From Tubiluchus corallicola (Eukaryota; Animalia; Priapulida), in assembly GCA_030141605.1 (NCBI GenBank), contig JAQGDQ010000627.1, positions 1-64,000 of the forward strand: DNA of 64,000 bases. Direction: 5' to 3'. Both the position numbers and the translations under genes were made by a program. The notes under the pieces are model-generated. The model saw only the letters and a program-made list of their open reading frames with translations, was not told the DNA's origin and did not search any database. Positions 61,817 to 64,000 of the stretch are shown here, one piece after another. How positions within the stretch are numbered: position 1 is the stretch's first letter; the number at the start of each line of letters is the position of its first letter.

Positions 61817-64000
61817 ATTCCACGTACCACAATGAACATAATAATGGCACTCATTTTACTGCCAGGCTTTTAGGGACGAGTCTTACTTAACAAAGACAGG
61901 CTACATATAATTACAATTTTACAATTATTTAAGCCCACGAATAGATATAAGAAAAAAGTGTAAGCATAGATCCAAAAAAATCTCCTAAGAAGAAAATAAT
62001 GATTCAAGACAAAATAAAGCAACCATGTTTATGCCTTAATGGGTGTTGCCCAACTACTGGAAAATGTTGCATATTGCTTTTAAAAAAGAACCTTGAGAGT
62101 GCTTAGAACTTGGAATGATCGTGAGTGATCATTGGGCCAAGTAAACCTTTAGTTTACACACTCAGTGTTATATGAGTAAGCAGTATGCTTGACAAAAAGT
62201 AAATGAACCCAAGTCCGCTTTATATTAAGCTTTTAGTTCATGTCAACAAGTGTAGTGGTTTGAACAGCGTTATGCATTCAAAAGTTAGACTTTAATCTAT
62301 CATCCAATGACTCTCAAGCAACATTCCAATTGCTTTTTCAAAGTCACGCCAATCGAGGTTTTCCAATCGAAGATGTAGTTTTTAATTAACATAATGTCAC
62401 ATAATTTGACACAGTTTCCGAGAAGACATCATTACGAGATTGGGAACATATTATGAACTCTTCCCTAAGCATTGCTCCTGTTATAATGTCATCCGTTTGA
62501 ATGCAAGTCGAGTAATTAAGCCATGACGGTGACAGTCATCGGAAACTAGGTAAGCAATACAACTAACTCGTCTGATTTCAAAGCAAGCAAAATTTGAATA
62601 CTACCACTAATCAATATCCGCTAATGCAAGGCAGGATTAAGCTGTGGATAGAATGACTCAAGTGTCACAGCTTGTTGTTAAAGGCTTACTGAATTAACCT
62701 AAATCTGCCAAGGAATAATATACATGCACATATATAGCCATTACCAGATGGCAAACGGTCTGCAATAATTATAAACATATATGAGTGAAACAACTTTTTT
62801 AATTACTATGAGGTATTTTACTATTCTTCGCCCGGCTTTTGTTTATTATTTCGTCACATCCATAAATTAATAAATGCATTTTTATCAATTTCCAATTGCT
62901 GTAGCTGCCTAAATAATAAAGTTTTGATTGTACAATCAGACTGATAGGTTTCATAAGCTTCCTATATAATACTTCTCTCATTCTTCTTTTAAAAACGGGT
63001 AGCGCTCATTACAGACCAAGAACATTTGATTGATAATTAGAGACTCCGTCCACAAATCCCTTCAGTAATCAAAATCTGCACAACAGGTTGGCATATTTTT
63101 TATTCCTAGCCCCATTTTTATATGCTAGAATTGTCTGTTGCCCAATGCACCAATCTCGATAGTCTTCAAGATTCCTATCGAGATCCTACAAGGCGTTACA
63201 GACACTACAGAATCTTGCATGCACACATGTTGGAACAATCGCTTATTGCTTATTGCAATGAGTTTCAATGTCTGAGAGGATTTTTTACAGGTCGGTTGAA
63301 TTTGTTAGAAGTACCGTTAATTTCAGTGGCTTTGTTTTACTTTGCGTACCAAAAACCTCTCACATTACTGCTGACATTGTTAGAAGAAATATTTTATTTC
63401 ATTCAATTTGTTAATTGAAGCAAAGGCCATTCGCACATTTCAAGTTTGCTAATGTTGAATTTGTTAACTTCCCACAGCTTCAGTCCTCAGTACACTCTTG
63501 TACAGTAGGTATCACACTCAGTATACGGAAGGGTTTTTCGATCTGCTGCCTTGCATTCCTGCGGGTTTCAGGGACGCAGCGCAGCAGCAGCAGCAGCTAC
63601 AGCACGTTTTAGTGCACTGAATGTACGGTAAACAAGGTCTTTTACAGCTGAGCTTACAGCTTCAGCGAAACCACTGAAAGCAGTAATTGATTATATTACC
63701 GCTGACAATTGACAGGGCTTCAGCAGAGTGAGAAAAATGCTATGTATGTTCTATTATCGCTTCCCTAGTTATTCACGCGCATAAAAATTAGGTAACGCGT
63801 TCTAGGCCTCGCCCAATGTGTTGCCGTAGATGCCTTCCGTTGATGAGAAACCACCAAAAATATGGCTAAACAGAATACAGGGCTTCAAGAGCACAGATGG
63901 TGTAATAACTCCGAGAAATTTACTAAAATAATTATTGTTTGTGACAAGGAAAATGGCAGCGACACGTATGGAAAATTACGGATGCGTATCACCTGCTAAA

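Noticed and set aside
60301-64000. Further upstream CMIP (PH-domain) exon
   Set aside because: No splice-bounded segment with a CMIP-like translation was found; the earlier exons probably lie beyond the window

Overview
AT-rich, intron-rich eukaryotic DNA from an invertebrate animal; a cnidarian-like origin is plausible but cannot be shown from this window. I assembled three spliced genes by hand from GT-AG junctions and translation. (1) ADCK5 (+ strand, 5' end outside the window, 798..17831) has two homologous, phase-matched exons (7927..8122 and 8765..8942) that look mutually exclusive and are separated by a nested fold-back intron. (2) A TPPP/p25-alpha gene (+ strand, promoter with two RFX X-boxes near 20.4 kb, CDS from 22589) has its microtubule-binding C-terminal exon in three intact, diverged tandem copies (26744, 29030, 30205), i.e. 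three candidate alternative last exons. (3) CMIP (- strand, 16 exons, 60300..34388, 5' end outside the window) is convergent with TPPP. The introns carry a 3-kb 47-bp satellite with higher-order structure, a 40-bp minisatellite, several MITE/hAT/pogo-like elements, a tRNA-derived SINE, a CR1-type LINE remnant and several long hairpins. Most ORFs in the supplied track are spurious or are exon fragments read into introns. Orthology calls rest on my recall of vertebrate protein sequences, not on a database search.
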